Shown here one piece after another: positions 1 to 12,089 of a stretch of 64,000 bases of DNA. Position 1 is the first letter of the stretch. Each line of letters opens with the position of its first letter. The stretch is from the NCBI RefSeq assembly GCF_004010195.1, contig NC_057718.1, forward strand, positions 69,262,748 through 69,326,747. Direction: 5' to 3'. A model generated the notes under the pieces. The model saw only the letters and a list, made by a program, of their open reading frames with translations. It made no database searches and was not told the origin of the DNA. This stretch comes from Chiloscyllium plagiosum. Its lineage: Eukaryota. Position numbers and translations under genes: made by a program.

Positions 1-240
1 TCCCCCTCCTCTCTTGCCTCCCTTTCTATCCTTCCTGTCGCATTTTGTATCCTGGAACATTAAGCTGCCAGTCCTGCCCATCCCTGAGCCATGTTTGTGT
101 AATTGCTATTATATCCCAGTCCCATGTTCCTGACCATGCCCTGAGTTCATCTGCCTTCCCTGCTAGGCCCCTTGCATTGAAATAAATGCTGTTCAATTTA
201 TTAGTCCTGCCTTGTCCTTCATTGATTCTTCTGTCTCTGA
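1..240 (-). mobile_element. CR1 LINE ORF2 N-terminal AP-endonuclease fragment
   Basis: ORF 26..301 reads YFNARGLAGKADELRAW..WDIIAITQTWL..DWQLNVPGY, the typical start of the CR1 APE domain. Confidence 0.85.
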
Positions 241-624
241 GGACTATGGAAGTGGTTATATTCAGTATAAGTATGTGAAATAGTAACATTTTACAAACCA
301 CTTTAAAGCACAGACTGTTGTATGTATTATGTCATTAAAGTTGAAGAAGCACTTCTTTTTCGAGGGGAGCTGCTTATTCCATGCCCTCAGATTCACTGGC
401 ATGCACTCCAAATCACATGATCAGTAGCAACGTCCCACCTTAGTCATCTTAAACATTTTACTGCCCTTGTAACCAAGGTACAGGAAATTTGTAGATGGAA
501 AGATAGTGATGGAAGCTGTCTTGACACAACACATTTCCTGGTCTCTACTCCATTTCTGCAACCACTGAACTGCTAAAATTCAGTACTTAAGTTTAGATGT
601 CACCAATAACTCAATTGAATAAAA

Positions 625-1575
625 TCATAAGATGTTAAGAGTAGAACTCAATTATTCAGTCCATCATGTCTGCTCCATCATTCAATGTGATCATGACTGA
701 TCATGACTGATAGTCAACTCCACTTTCCTGCTTTATCCTTCTAACCCTTGATTCCTTTACTGACTAAACATCTGCCAATCTGCCAGGCACAACCACCTGA
801 TGAAGGAGCAGCGCTCCAAAAGCTAGTGCTTCCAATTAAACCTTTCGAACTATAACCCGGTGTTGTGTGATTTTTAACTCTGCCAATCTCAGCATTGAAT
901 ATACTTAACTACCCAGACTCAACAGCCCTCTGCAGTAATACATTTCACAGATTTACTGTCCTCAGAGAAGAAATTGCTCCTCATCTTATGTTAATGGACA
1001 ATTTCTTATCCCGAGGTGATATCCTCTGTTTGTAGACTCTCCCGCTAGGAGAAACAACCCCTCAGTACCCTGTCTAGGCCCTGAATGTTTGATTGAGGTC
1101 ACATCTCATTTTTCTAAATTCCAAAGAGTACAACCTAACCTACTCAACCTCTGCTGGAAAGAAAATACCTCAATACACAAATGTCAACATAGTGAACCTT
1201 CTCTGGACTGATTCCAATGCCAGTATATATTTGCTTAGGTAAGAAGATCAATACTGTTCATAGTATTTGGAGAAGGGTGGGGAGGGCTTGTTGTCTAACA
1301 AGTGCCTTGTATAATTTTAGCAAGTTTAATCTTTTTTAACTCTGTACCCATTCCACTTGAAATAAAGATTTACCTCTCTTATTACCTACTGAACTTGGAT
1401 GCTGCCTTTCTGTTATTCATGCAAGCAGACTCCACCAAATACCTCTGTGCTGCAGCTTTCTGCTGTCTTTCACCATTTAAAAAATAGTCAGTTCTTCTAT
1501 TCTGCCTGTCAAAGTGCATAGCCTCACATTTTCCTGCATTATATTTCATTTGTCAAGTTTTTGTCCACCCACTTA
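625..1575 (-). mobile_element. Old CR1 LINE 3' fragment, interrupted by a Penelope-like insert at about 782-878
   Basis: Similar to the other CR1 3' ends in the window (e.g. 50217-51925); many stops. Confidence 0.7.
782..878 (+). mobile_element. Short Penelope-like (pLTR) insert with hammerhead motif; TSD TCTGCCAATCT (771-781/879-889)
   Basis: Direct-repeat flanks; CAC-CTGATGA-A-GGAGC-agc-GCTCC-aAAA-GCTA-GTG at 794-828; same family at 17745-17870 and 33775-33963. Confidence 0.75.
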
Positions 1576-1925
1576 AGCCCCTCTACAGAATCTTTGAGCA
1601 GAATATATTTGGACCCTGAGCAATGTGCGTCCCAATGGCATGATGCCTGGCAGAATCAGGAGAAAGGTTTGGCTATGCCTATCTTGATGCCAGGAGCATC
1701 TTGCTGCATCCTTTAGAGTTTTGTCAAGCAGGAGGTGTTTATGGTGATTATATGATCTTGTTAATGCTACCACTCACTTATTAAAATTTTGTTTTCTATC
1801 TTACCAAGCACATCATAAAAGCTAGTCATGGAGAATCTTGACATGGAAGTTACAGCAGGTACTTGGTGATTTCAGCTCACCACTGGCAGTAACCAGCATC
1901 CATGTTGCTGAGTACCAAACAGCAT

Positions 1926-2061
1926 AAGCCCTTCCTTTTATCTTAGCCTGCTGGACACACTTTCCTCATTCCTGAAGAAGGGCTTATGCCCGAAACGTCG
2001 ATTCTCCTGTTCCCTGGATGCTGCCTGACCTGCTGCGCTTTTCCAGCAACACATTTTCAGC
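1926..2061 (+). mobile_element. Penelope-like pLTR insert, TSD ACCAAACAGCAT (1914-1925/2062-2073)
   Basis: Exact 12-bp TSD; sequence matches the terminal repeat attached to GIY-YIG fragments elsewhere in the window. Confidence 0.85.
1972..1999 (+). ncRNA. Minimal type I hammerhead ribozyme motif (Penelope-associated)
   Basis: CTGAAGA-A-GGGC-ttat-GCCC-GAAAC-GTC: CUGANGA core, 4-bp stem II, GAAA, palindromic ACGU stem III and GUC cleavage triplet. Confidence 0.75.
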
Positions 2062-2107
2062 ACCAAACAGCATCTCAAGGCTTGATTCATGGGCATCAGC
2101 TGAGTCT

Positions 2108-2431
2108 GAAAATGTGTTGCTGGAAAAGCGCAGCAGGTCAGGCAGCATCCAAGGAGCAGGAGAATCGACGTCGGGCATGAGCATTCGGGCATGAGCCCTT
2201 CTTCAGGAACGAGGAAAGTGTGTCCAGCAGGCTAAGATACCGTCGTGTTGCTATGGTCTGGCGATGGAGGAGTCCAAGGACCTGCATGACCTTGGTGGAG
2301 TGGGAGGGGGAGTCGAAGTGTTGAGCCACGGGTAGTTGGGTTGGTTGGTCTGGGTGTCCCAGAGGTGTTCTCTGAAACGTTCCGCAAGTAGGCGGCCTGT
2401 CTCCCCAATATAGAGGAGGCCACATCGGGTG
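2108..2431 (-). mobile_element. Penelope-like insert (GIY-YIG fragment + pLTR), TSD CAGCTGAGTCT (2097-2107/2432-2442)
   Basis: Exact 11-bp TSD; minus strand contains LY(W/I)GETGRLL..F..H and PVAQHF endonuclease segments homologous to 10254-10484. Confidence 0.85.
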
Positions 2432-3287
2432 CAGCTGAGTCTACCCTTTATCCATGGGAACTACCATCTGACATTGGCCAAATGTCACAATCATCCTAGC
2501 ACCTCCTCAATCAACTTGTAATCCACTGAGGAACTGTGTACTTGCAGAACAGGATATATGAGTTACTCGTGTTGATAGGCAGCAGCAGGGGCATCTTGCA
2601 GTATGGCACACCAGGACATGAGTTTAACTCTTACAGAAAATGCCTTGGCAAAAATATTAGACTTGAATTCAGCTAAATTTCTATGTTGGTTAGAAGAAAG
2701 GGATTAGTCTACAGTCTAGCTGTGGCCACTATCAGTTTTGAGGTCCTGGTACTGGCATCAGTCAGGGGTACAGTCCTCTGACAATCTCAGCTATGGTCAG
2801 TCATCAGTTTGACCACTAGGGGATCTGTCTGTCTACACTCTGGGGAGTAGACAATGGGCCTTGTCTACTGGGCACTCTGGTTATCTGTCCTGTAGGGCTG
2901 GCACAAGCAGTCAGTGGAATCAGCTTGATGGGGGAAAGCTCAGGATCCATGTCTGCTGGATGATAGAACTTTGTAGGGTCAAATATTGGTCAAAGGCAGA
3001 ACAGTAGCATTGGTGCTAGCTAAAGTAACATTGTCACTTCAGTGATGCAGTGGTTAGCAGCAATAGAGGGAAACACTGGCCAAAAGCATCCCATCATTTG
3101 TAGAACTTCGAAGGATGCTGTCACTGTCATGTAAGTATGATGATGGATTCTAATGAATACATTGGAAAGTAGAATGGCTGAGATGGGTCTGGGATCTGAA
3201 GGGGGTCAGAATGAAGCAGACACTCTGTTTTGGATGTAATATGTTGGTCACTCAGCCCAGTGTGACCTTCACTAAGTTGGTGCACAT

Positions 3288-4105
3288 AGAGCCATAGAAA
3301 GATGAGGTTGTACAGCACAGAAACAGACCCTTCTGTCCAACTTGTCCATGCCGATCACATATCCTAAATTAATCCAGTCTCGTTTGCCAGGATTTAGTCG
3401 AAACCCTTCCTATTCATATATCCATCTAGATGCCTTTTAAATGTTGCAATTGTACCAGTCTCAACCACTGCCTCTGACAGTTCATTCTGTTCATGCACCT
3501 GTGTGTGAAAAAGTTGCCTCTTAGGTCCCTTTTAAATCTTTCCCCTTTCACCTTACACCTATGCCCTCTAGTTTTGGATTCCACTACGCTGGGAAAAAGA
3601 CCTTGATTATTCATCCTACCTATGTCTCTCATGAAACTTTAAATCTCTCTAAGGTCACCCCTCAGCCTCCAATGCTATGGGAAAATAGCTCCAGCCTATT
3701 CAGCCTCTATGTATAGCTCAAACCCTCTAACCCCAGAAATAAATCTTTTCTGAACTGTTTCAAGTTTAAAACTGGCTTTCCTAAAGCAGGGAGAGCAGAA
3801 CTGAAAGCAGTATTCCAAAAGGGGCCTGACCAATATCCTGTACGCTGCAGCATGGCATCCCAACTCCTATTCTCAATGCATTAATCAACAAAGGCAAACA
3901 TACCAAACATCTTCTTCACTACCCTGTCTACCTGTGACTCCACTTTCAAGGAACTATGCATCTGCACCATTAGTCTCTCTGTTCGGCAACAGTCCCCGAA
4001 GCCCTACCATTAAATGTATAAGTCCGGCTCTGATTTGCCTTACCAAAATGCAACACATCACGTTTATTTAAATTAAACACCATCTGCCATTCCTTGGCTC
4101 ATTGG
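3288..4105 (-). mobile_element. CR1 LINE 3' fragment
   Basis: ORF 3426..3632 LFPSVVESKTRGH..KVKGERFKRDLRGNFFT, the CR1 ORF2 C-terminus. Confidence 0.85.
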
Positions 4106-4438
4106 TCTATATTATGCCCATAGCTGTGGTGAAACTGACCATAGAGCTGGAAATGATGTGAGTTCTGAAGCTTGGAACATACTTTGTGGGTTGGCCTTCT
4201 GTATAGTCCAGACAGTGTGCGGAATCATTCTGGAGTGCTGTGCTTTGCACAATTGGAGCAAGTATTGTGAAAGAAGCCTTGTAGCTGGAATAGCTTAGCT
4301 GCATTGGGTGCTACAAGGCAGACAGGACTTGAGTGATAACTTGATTCCAGTAAATGCAAGCTGGGATAGAAGACCATCCTCCTCATATTTGTCACTGTGT
4401 CTGTAGACACTTCTTAAATCAAACATTAGTCTACAATT

Positions 4439-4565
4439 CCTGAAGAAGGGCTTATGTCCGAAACGTCGATTCTCCTGTTCCCTGGATGCTGCCTGACCCG
4501 CTGCGCTGTTCCAGCAACACATTTTCAGCTCTGATCTCCAGCATCTGCAGACCTCACTTTCTCCT
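4439..4565 (+). mobile_element. Penelope-like pLTR insert with hammerhead motif
   Basis: TSD CATTA(G/A)TCTACAATT at 4424-4438/4566-4580; CTGAAGAAGGGCTTATGTCCGAAACGTC. Confidence 0.8.
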
Positions 4566-4580
4566 CATTAATCTACAATT

Positions 4581-6150
4581 ACTCCAGATTCTGGATTAGT
4601 GGTGCTGGAAGAGCACAGCAGTTCAGGAAACATCCGAGGAGCAGTAAAATTGACATTTCGGGCAAAAGCCCTTCATCAGGAATACAGGCAGAGTGCCTAA
4701 AGGGTGGAGAGATAAGCTAGAGGAGGATGGGGAGAAAGTAGCATAGAGTACAATAGGTGAGTGGGGGAGGGGATGAAGATGATNNNNNNNNNNNNNNNNN
4801 NNNNNNNNNNNNNNNNNNNNNNNNNNNNNNNNNNNNNNNNNNNNNNNNNNNNNNNNNNNNNNNNNNNNNNNNNNNNNNNNNNNNNNNNNNNNNNNNNNNN
4901 NNNNNNNNNNNNNNNNNNNNNNNNNNNNNNNNNNNNNNNNNNNNNNNNNNNNNNNNNNNNNNNNNNNNNNNNNNNNNNNNNNNNNNNNNNNNNNNNNNNN
5001 NNNNNNNNNNNNNNNNNNNNNNNNNNNNNNNNNNNNNNNNNNNNNNNNNNNNNNNNNNNNNNNNNNNNNNNNNNNNNNNNNNNNNNNNNNNNNNNNNNNN
5101 NNNNNNNNNNNNNNNNNNNNNNNNNNNNNNNNNNNNNNNNNNNNNNNNNNNNNNNNNNNNNNNNNNNNNNNNNNNNNNNNNNNNNNNNNNNNNNNNNNNN
5201 NNNNNNNNNNNNNNNNNNNNNNNNNNNNNNNNNNNNNNNNNNNNNNNNNNNNNNNNNNNNNNNNNNNNNNNNNNNNNNNNNNNNNNNNNNNNNNNNNNNN
5301 NNNNNNNNNNNNNNNNNNNNNNNNNNNNNNNNNNNNNNNNNNNNNNNNNNNNNNNNNNNNNNNNNNNNNNNNNNNNNNNNNNNNNNNNNNNNNNNNNNNN
5401 NNNNNNNNNNNNNNNNNNNNNNNNNNNNNNNNNNNNNNNNNNNNNNNNNNNNNNNNNNNNNNNNNNNNNNNNNNNNNNNNNNNNNNNNNNNNNNNNNNNN
5501 NNNNNNNNNNNNNNNNNNNNNNNNNNNNNNNNNNNNNNNNNNNNNNNNNNNNNNNNNNNNNNNNNNNNNNNNNNNNNNNNNNNNNNNNNNNNNNNNNNNN
5601 NNNNNNNNNNNNNNNNNNNNNNNNNNNNNNNNNNNNNNNNNNNNNNNNNNNNNNNNNNNNNNNNNNNNNNNNNNNNNNNNNNNNNNNNNNNNNNNNNNNN
5701 NNNNNNNNNNNNNNNNNNNNNNNNNNNNNNNNNNNNNNNNNNNNNNNNNNNNNNNNNNNNNNNNNTGGACTGTTCTACGTAGCCAACAAAGAGACAGGCA
5801 TTGCTGGGGCCCATACGTGTGCCCATGGCTACCCGTTTGGTCTGGAGGAAGTGGGAGGATTCAAAGGAGAAATTGTTAAGGGTGAGGACCAGTTCGGCCA
5901 AACGAATGAGAGTGTCGGTGGAAGGGTACTGTTGGGGACGTCTGGAGAGGAAAAAACGGAGGGCTTGGAGGCCCTGGTCATGGTGGATGGAGGTGTAGAG
6001 GGATTGGATATCCATGGTAAAGATGAGGCGTTGGGGGCCGGGGAAACGGAAGTCTTGGAAGAGGTGGAGGGTGTGGGTGGTGTCTCGAACATATGTGGGG
6101 AGTTCCTGGACTAGGGGGGATAGGACAGTGTCGATGTAGGTAGAGATTTG
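4581..6150 (-). mobile_element. Penelope-like retroelement: RT fragment, gap, 3' pLTR with hammerhead
   Basis: 5766-6150 encodes ELPTYVRDT..IFTMDIQSLYTSI..LNNFSF..QTKRVAMGTRMGP (PLE RT motifs); minus-strand CTGATGAAGGGCTTTTGCCCGAAA at about 4656-4679. Linkage across the gap is assumed. Confidence 0.85.
4784..5765. other. Assembly gap (N)
   Basis: Run of N. Confidence 1.
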
Positions 6151-6800
6151 TTTGTTCTGGTCTTTTCCTTTTACTACAAGCCATTTTCCAAAGTCCAAAG
6201 GTCATCTTCAGCTCACAATTCCCAGTCATCACATGTTTACCTGTCCATGCTTTCACCTTGTTTTGGGAAGTTTTTAAAATAGATTTTAAAGTCAGAGAGC
6301 TTAGGCCACTCCAGGTCCGATTGTGCAGCTATAAAGACATATAATAAACTGTTCCTGGTTCAAATTTCTACAGGGCTATGTTGTGCATTTTTTTATACCT
6401 TATAATCAGTCCCAAACATAATAACTGGCAATGAGGGTGAATCGCAGCACACTAATTGTGTGCTGTCATTGTTTTTTGAAAGAAGAGAGGAGATTGATCA
6501 TTGCCCGGACTTTGAAAATGGTGCAGGATTTTGGAAATAGCATGACAGACCTGTTGGGGGACCAACCAAAATGCCAAGGGAAGTAATCACAAGGTGACTC
6601 AGTCTGTGGTCGATCCCAGGGAAGAAGGGTACTCACTGGGGAGTGAACAGAGAGTGCCAGTTGTGAGGGGACTCAGGCTGCAGCCAACATTTGAAAATGG
6701 GAGTACTCACCCGTGAGTTTACCGAAATCATCATGGAGAGTGTACACCAAGGGGCTTAGGCTGTGAGCAGCTATCTAGCTTCAAGTGGCAGGAAAACAAA

Positions 6801-7020
6801 ATGGCAGGTCAATTTGAAGTAATGGGATCTTTTAACAAAGAGACACAGAAAGCTGAATTCTGTACGCCAAATATTTTAATGCAAACAGAGTGGCTGAAGA
6901 TTTAGTGGTACCAGTTTACTTGAGCACTGGTAGGAGCAAGACTTTGCAATTCTAAGGAGTCTAGTGCAATAGAGAACTCAGTAAACAAGACATATAAAGA
7001 ACTATATGAAGTGTTGAAAT
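6801..7020 (+). mobile_element. Decayed Gypsy (Mag-like) gag N-terminus
   Basis: Broken frame MAGQFEVMGSFNKET...YFNANRVAEDLVVPVYLS..GA(K)TFAILRSLVQ resembles Mag-clade gag starts. Confidence 0.5.
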
Positions 7021-7699
7021 GTTGTACCAATGAGGATCTAAAATCTGGATTTAGGCCATTGTCAAGAACAACCATTTAATGCATGTCTTTACTAACTACA
7101 AAATGGCTCCTTAATGCAAGTAACATAAGGTAACATAACAAAATGGCTTCTCAGAGCAAATTAACAATTTGGTTTATAATGGCATCTAACTCTGCTGAAA
7201 ACGACATTCCTAAACTAATTGAAAGGGATTAGCAAACAATTCTCTATTCATAGTAAGATTTAACTAAGTAAGATATGGCATTATTAAAGAATCCTAAATT
7301 GACCTTGGAAACCAGGTGTCCCGGAGATTACAAAATCCCCATGTTTCTGCCACGGGAGTTCAAGTTTCTTGTAATCTCTCCCTACATTGGCAGAGTGATG
7401 CCTCTACCTGATGCACAATTGACCATTCTTCATCTCTGTGTCTATTTCCACTTCCACATCAGCACTCTGCTCTTAGGCTAATAGCATTCTAAAATGTCTT
7501 TGGCCTCTGCCTCAGTATGAGGTGACTGTATGAATTTATTTAATTCAGGGTTTATTTATTGTGAGGTAATTAGGGTCAATTATACCAAATGTTCCACTTG
7601 GTTCATCCTCACTTCTCAAAAATGTTTCAATGATCCTTTCACTTGCTTCTGGTGTCACATCAACCCTGATTGATGGATTTTAATAAATCACTGCCCTGA

Positions 7700-8470
7700 T
7701 TGCCACACATGAAGGAAAGATACCAGGAACCTGTTCTTGTAATTGGTGTTACAATCTTGGTATTGCCAAATCATTAGCCAGAAGTAAATCTATTCCCTCA
7801 ACAGGTCATGATTTTACTATTTTGACAATTACTTTTCCCAATAACAAATCACATTCTAGTTATGCTTTATATTCTCCACCAATCTAGGTTATTAATATCT
7901 TAGCTCCCATTGAACTCTCTGAGGGAAAATCAATCCTTTCTCAAAAAGGTGACTGTGTTGTATCTCTTTATCTGACTATGTTTAGCTATCTTAGCTAAAG
8001 AAAAAGAACTCACAATTCTTTTATATAAAAATCTTGCATTGCTCTCACCTATTTTACGGCTTATTTTACTAATGACAGAAATCACTTCCCACCATTTTTG
8101 TTACAGTTAGAACCACAACCTGGTCCATGATATTGTCTTTTGCTGTTCCCTTCTCCAACTCATTTTACTAACTCCTATAAGTCAAATGGGTTTTCCAGCA
8201 ACTTTCAATATTCCAAAAACACAAATTGTTCCCTACTGTCCATTCCCTACCCTGGATATTTGCTTTTTGTTGTCTCTGCTTTGGACACTTTGCCCCAATT
8301 ATGTATTAAAAACACTTTAGCCAAATGCTCTTGTGGATGGCGATGAATGTACATAGAATTTGGTTTGTGGTTCAATTCAATGTTAGTTACAAAATACTCC
8401 TTATTAAAAATACCCTATGAGCCATTGTCAAAATTCTTACAATATTTACCCTCTATCTAGCTTTAACCAT
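7700..8470 (-). mobile_element. Decayed Gypsy (Gmr1/SCAN-like) gag-protease remnant
   Basis: Minus strand gives IRDTTQS.. and LECDLLLGKVIV..PVEGIDLLLANDLA, protease-like motifs with stops. Confidence 0.55.
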
Positions 8471-9411
8471 CTGAGAAAAAGGATATTACCTGCAATTATC
8501 CATGTGTTGAGCTGGGCCATTGGAATTTCCTTCCTCTCCAAACTAGGAATAGCTCTCTTCCTTGCAGGTCAGGGTGAATCTTCACTTGAGTCTTCAAGGG
8601 TTGCTGAAGGACTTCTGTCATGGGTCTTGCTGCAAGTCTTCACTGACGTGTGGCTTCCATGTTTGTGTTACTTTCCTACTTTGCCCCACCTTTGACCAAT
8701 GGGGTCATGAGTGTAGTTCAAAGCCTCCAATGGGGTTACGCCAACATCTATGATTGTTGGCATGCTAAAGAGGTGTGAAATGCATGCCCTCAAACACTGG
8801 ATGGAAGTCAAGGTGCCAGAAAGCCAGATTAATACTTCTCTGATATGCAACCCTCAGTCTTGATGTAACTAGCTTTCCTGAATCTTTGTGACTTTTTGAT
8901 CTTGGTTTCCATTGTTCTCTGTTGCTGATAACTGCTGCTTAATTAAATTTGACCAGTTTTCTGTCGGGCCCGATTTCTCCAGCTGCAGGTCAATTCAGAA
9001 TGTCCAATTTTGGGCTTGACTACTGGCACCTCTGTTGATCCCTTGAAGTGTCCAGCAAAAATGGGATCACAGGCCCAGACCATGATCTTGTGCAGGCATG
9101 TATCAAGTCTCAGATGGATAGCCTAACTCTCTGAGTATCTAGGTTTCCTATTGTACATTGAGAAAATTACCCTATAAAGCAAGCATCTTCCTTATTCACA
9201 TCAACAAGTTTAACAGTACTACATGTATATATAACAATACCATAAATTGAGAATTAGCTAATTTATGGATTCTGGCTCAACCCCCTCAAGCCTCTTTGGG
9301 GATTACTAGCACTCAATAGACTAAAATGCATATCATGCAACAATTTATGTAGTCCTTTCAAATAACAAAGAATAAAGAACGGCACAGAAGAGTACCTCCT
9401 AAATGTTTTTT

Positions 9412-9726
9412 TTAGATTAGATTTTTTTTTAGATTAGATTAGATTACAGTGTGGAAACAGGCCCTTCGGCCCAACAAGTCCACACCGACCCGCCGAAGCG
9501 CAACCCACCCATACCCCTACATTTACCCCTTACCTAACACTATGGGCAATTTTAGTATGGCCAATTCACCTGACCTGCACATCTTTGGACTGTGGGAGGA
9601 AACCGGAGCACCTGGAGGAAACCCACGCAGACACGGGGAGAACGTGCAAACTCCACACAGTCAGTCGCCTGAGGCGGGAATTGAACCCGGGTCTCTGGCG
9701 CTGTGAGGCAGCAGTGCTAACCACTG
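9412..9726 (-). mobile_element. HE1-type V-SINE (tRNA-derived)
   Basis: A/B-box head (CAGTGGTTAGCAC..GGTTCAATTCC), V-domain core GTGTGGAGTTTGCACGTTCTCCCCGTG, (TCTAA)n tail. Confidence 0.9.
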
Positions 9727-9727
9727 G

Positions 9728-11640
9728 GCACAGTTCTACCACCTCTGTTGGCACTTACCACCCATAATATTAAAAATCCGCCTCTCATATCTCCATTAAA
9801 CTTACCCCTTCTTACCTTAAATAAATATCCCCTCATAATTAATATTTCTACTTTGGGAAAAAAGCTCTGACTCCATTCTATCCATGCCTCTCATAATTTA
9901 GTACCACGTTGTCCCTCATCCTCACGTTTGTCTAATCCTTCCTCATAGCTAATAACTTCCAAACCAGGCAACATCCCGGTAAATGTTTCTGTACCCTCTC
10001 TGAAGCTTGCGCATCTGTAGATAATATGGTACCTAGTACCAATACTTCTTTTGCTGTGGCAAACAGCAATGTACACAATATTCCAAATGTGGTCTAACTA
10101 AAGTTTGATACAGAGTGTGGTGCTGGAAAAACACAGCAGGTCAGGCAGCATGCAAGGAGCAGGAAAATTGACGTTTCAGGCAAAACCTGCACCCACACTT
10201 CCCCCCTCACCTCTGTCCAAGGCCCCAGAGGAGGCTTCCCCATCCATCACATTTTGACCTGCACTTCCATACATGTCATTTATTCTATCCGTTGTTCCCG
10301 ATGCGGTCTGCTCTATATTGGAGAGACCGGGCGCCTACTTGCAGAGTGTTTCAGAGAGAATCTCTGGGACATCCGCACCAATCAACTCCACTGCCCTGTG
10401 GCCGAACACTTTAACTTCTCCTCCCACTCTGCCGAGGACATACAGGTCCTGGGCCTCCTCCATCACCACTCCCTTACCACCTGACGCCTGAGAAAGAATG
10501 CATCATCTTCCGCCTTGGGACCCTCCAACCCCAGGCCATCAATGTGGATTTCACCCGTTTCCTCATTTCCCCTCTTCCCCACCTTATCCCAGTTCCAACC
10601 TTCTGGCTCAGCATTGCCCTCATGAACTGTCCTACCTGTCCATCTTCCTTTCCACCTATTCGCTCCACCCTCTCCTCCGACCTATCACCATTACCCCCAC
10701 CTTCATCCACCTATCTCACTCTCACCTACCTTTCCCCAGCCCCACTTCCCTCCCACTAATTTCTTCACCCCGAGGCTCCCAGCCTTACTCGTGATGAAGG
10801 GCTTTTGCCTGAAATGTCGATTTTCCTCCTTCTCAGATGCTGCCTGACTTGCTGTGCTTTTCCAGCACCACACTCTTGACTCTAATCTCCTGCATCTGCA
10901 GCACTCACTTTCGCCTCGTAAAGTTTGATACAGCTGCAACATGACTTGCCAATTTTTATACTCTTTATAATTATTTTACACTTTTATACAAGCATGCTAT
11001 ATGCCTTCTTGACTACCTTATTCATATGTGCTGCCACTTTCAGGGAACTGTGGATTTCTTCGCCTAGATCTCTCTATATGTTGTTTCTATAAAAGGTTTT
11101 ACCATTTACTGTATACTTTCCTCCTGCATTAGGTCTCCAAAAATGCATCACCTTGCATTTGTCTGGATTGAATACCATCTGCCATTTCTCTGCCCATGAC
11201 TCTGGCCAATCCTCCTCAGTCTCTGCAACTCCCCAAATCTTCATGTTTTCCACTAACTTACTAAATTAGGCCATCTACATTTTCCTACAAGTCATCTATG
11301 TATATTGCAAACAAAGGGGGCCCAGAATTGATCTCTGTGGAACAACTCTGATCACAGATCTCAGAAAAACACTTTTTCACTGCCACAGTCTGTCTTCTAT
11401 TACTAAGCCAGTTCTGTATTTACCTTACCAGTTCATGCAGATCTCAGGTGACTTCACCTTTTGTATCAGCCTGCCATGAGAGACCTTGTCAAAAGTCCAC
11501 ATACACAACATTAACCATCCTCAATTGATCATTTTTTGTCACTTCCTCAAAACACTCAATCAAGTTTGTGAGACATGACCTTCCTTGCACAAAAAGATAC
11601 TGCAAATTGCGAATAAGTCCTCATTTTCCTAAATGTGCAT
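9728..11640 (-). mobile_element. Old CR1 LINE RT/3' region interrupted by Penelope insert
   Basis: CR1 ORF2 homology on both sides of 10114-10918 (MLQLYQTLVRPHLEY junction). Confidence 0.75.
10114..10918 (+). mobile_element. 5'-truncated Penelope-like element: inverted partial pLTR + GIY-YIG endonuclease + pLTR; TSD TAAAGTTTGATACAG
   Basis: 15-bp TSD at 10099-10113/10919-10933; ORF 10254..10484 TCTSIHVIYSIRCSRCGLLYIGETGRLL..FRE..PVAEHFN; hammerhead-like motif at about 10791-10818. Confidence 0.9.
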
Positions 11641-12089
11641 AAATCCTCAGGCACTGGCTGGAAGTCAAGGCGCCTAGAAGTCTGATCGAAACTTCTCCAA
11701 TACATAACCCTCGGGCTGGTTATAACTGGCTTTCCCAAACCTTTGTGACGTCTTTGACTTTGGTTTCCATTGTTCTCTGTAGTTGATAGTTGCTGGCTGC
11801 TCATTAATGTAGTTCAGCCAATTTTCTGTCAAGCCCAATTTCTCCAGCTGTGGGTCAATTTAGAATGTCCAATTTTGGGCCCGTGATCACTTGCCTACAC
11901 TTCCTTTCACTCTCCCACTTTATATTATTCTCAATTTTCGGAGAGTGGTGGAAAAAAATGTTTATGGATTGTTGCATAACCTTTAGCCATTATAGCTGCT
12001 TGCTTGCCACCACCCTTTGGTCTTCTACATGAGTTCTGATTATAGAAGGTAACAAAGCTTTAAATTCTTCTAAAAGAATTGTTGGTCTG

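Noticed and set aside
1936..2236. DNA transposon/MITE with long terminal inverted repeats
   Set aside because: Separate TSDs show two independent Penelope-like retro-insertions.
4717..6198. Long ORFs of 230-490 aa in the ORF track (also at 21597-22855 and 56698-57478)
   Set aside because: Their length comes from reading through N-gaps; only the flanking real residues are informative.
9412..9446. Short tandem arrays (TTAGA)n and (TTCTATG)n as CRISPR or telomeric repeats
   Set aside because: They are SINE/LINE 3' microsatellite tails: no spacers and not TTAGGG.
9449..9767. ORFs and tRNA-like heads in HE1 SINE copies
   Set aside because: Spurious ORFs in a SINE; the heads have A/B boxes but are SINE-derived, not tRNA genes.
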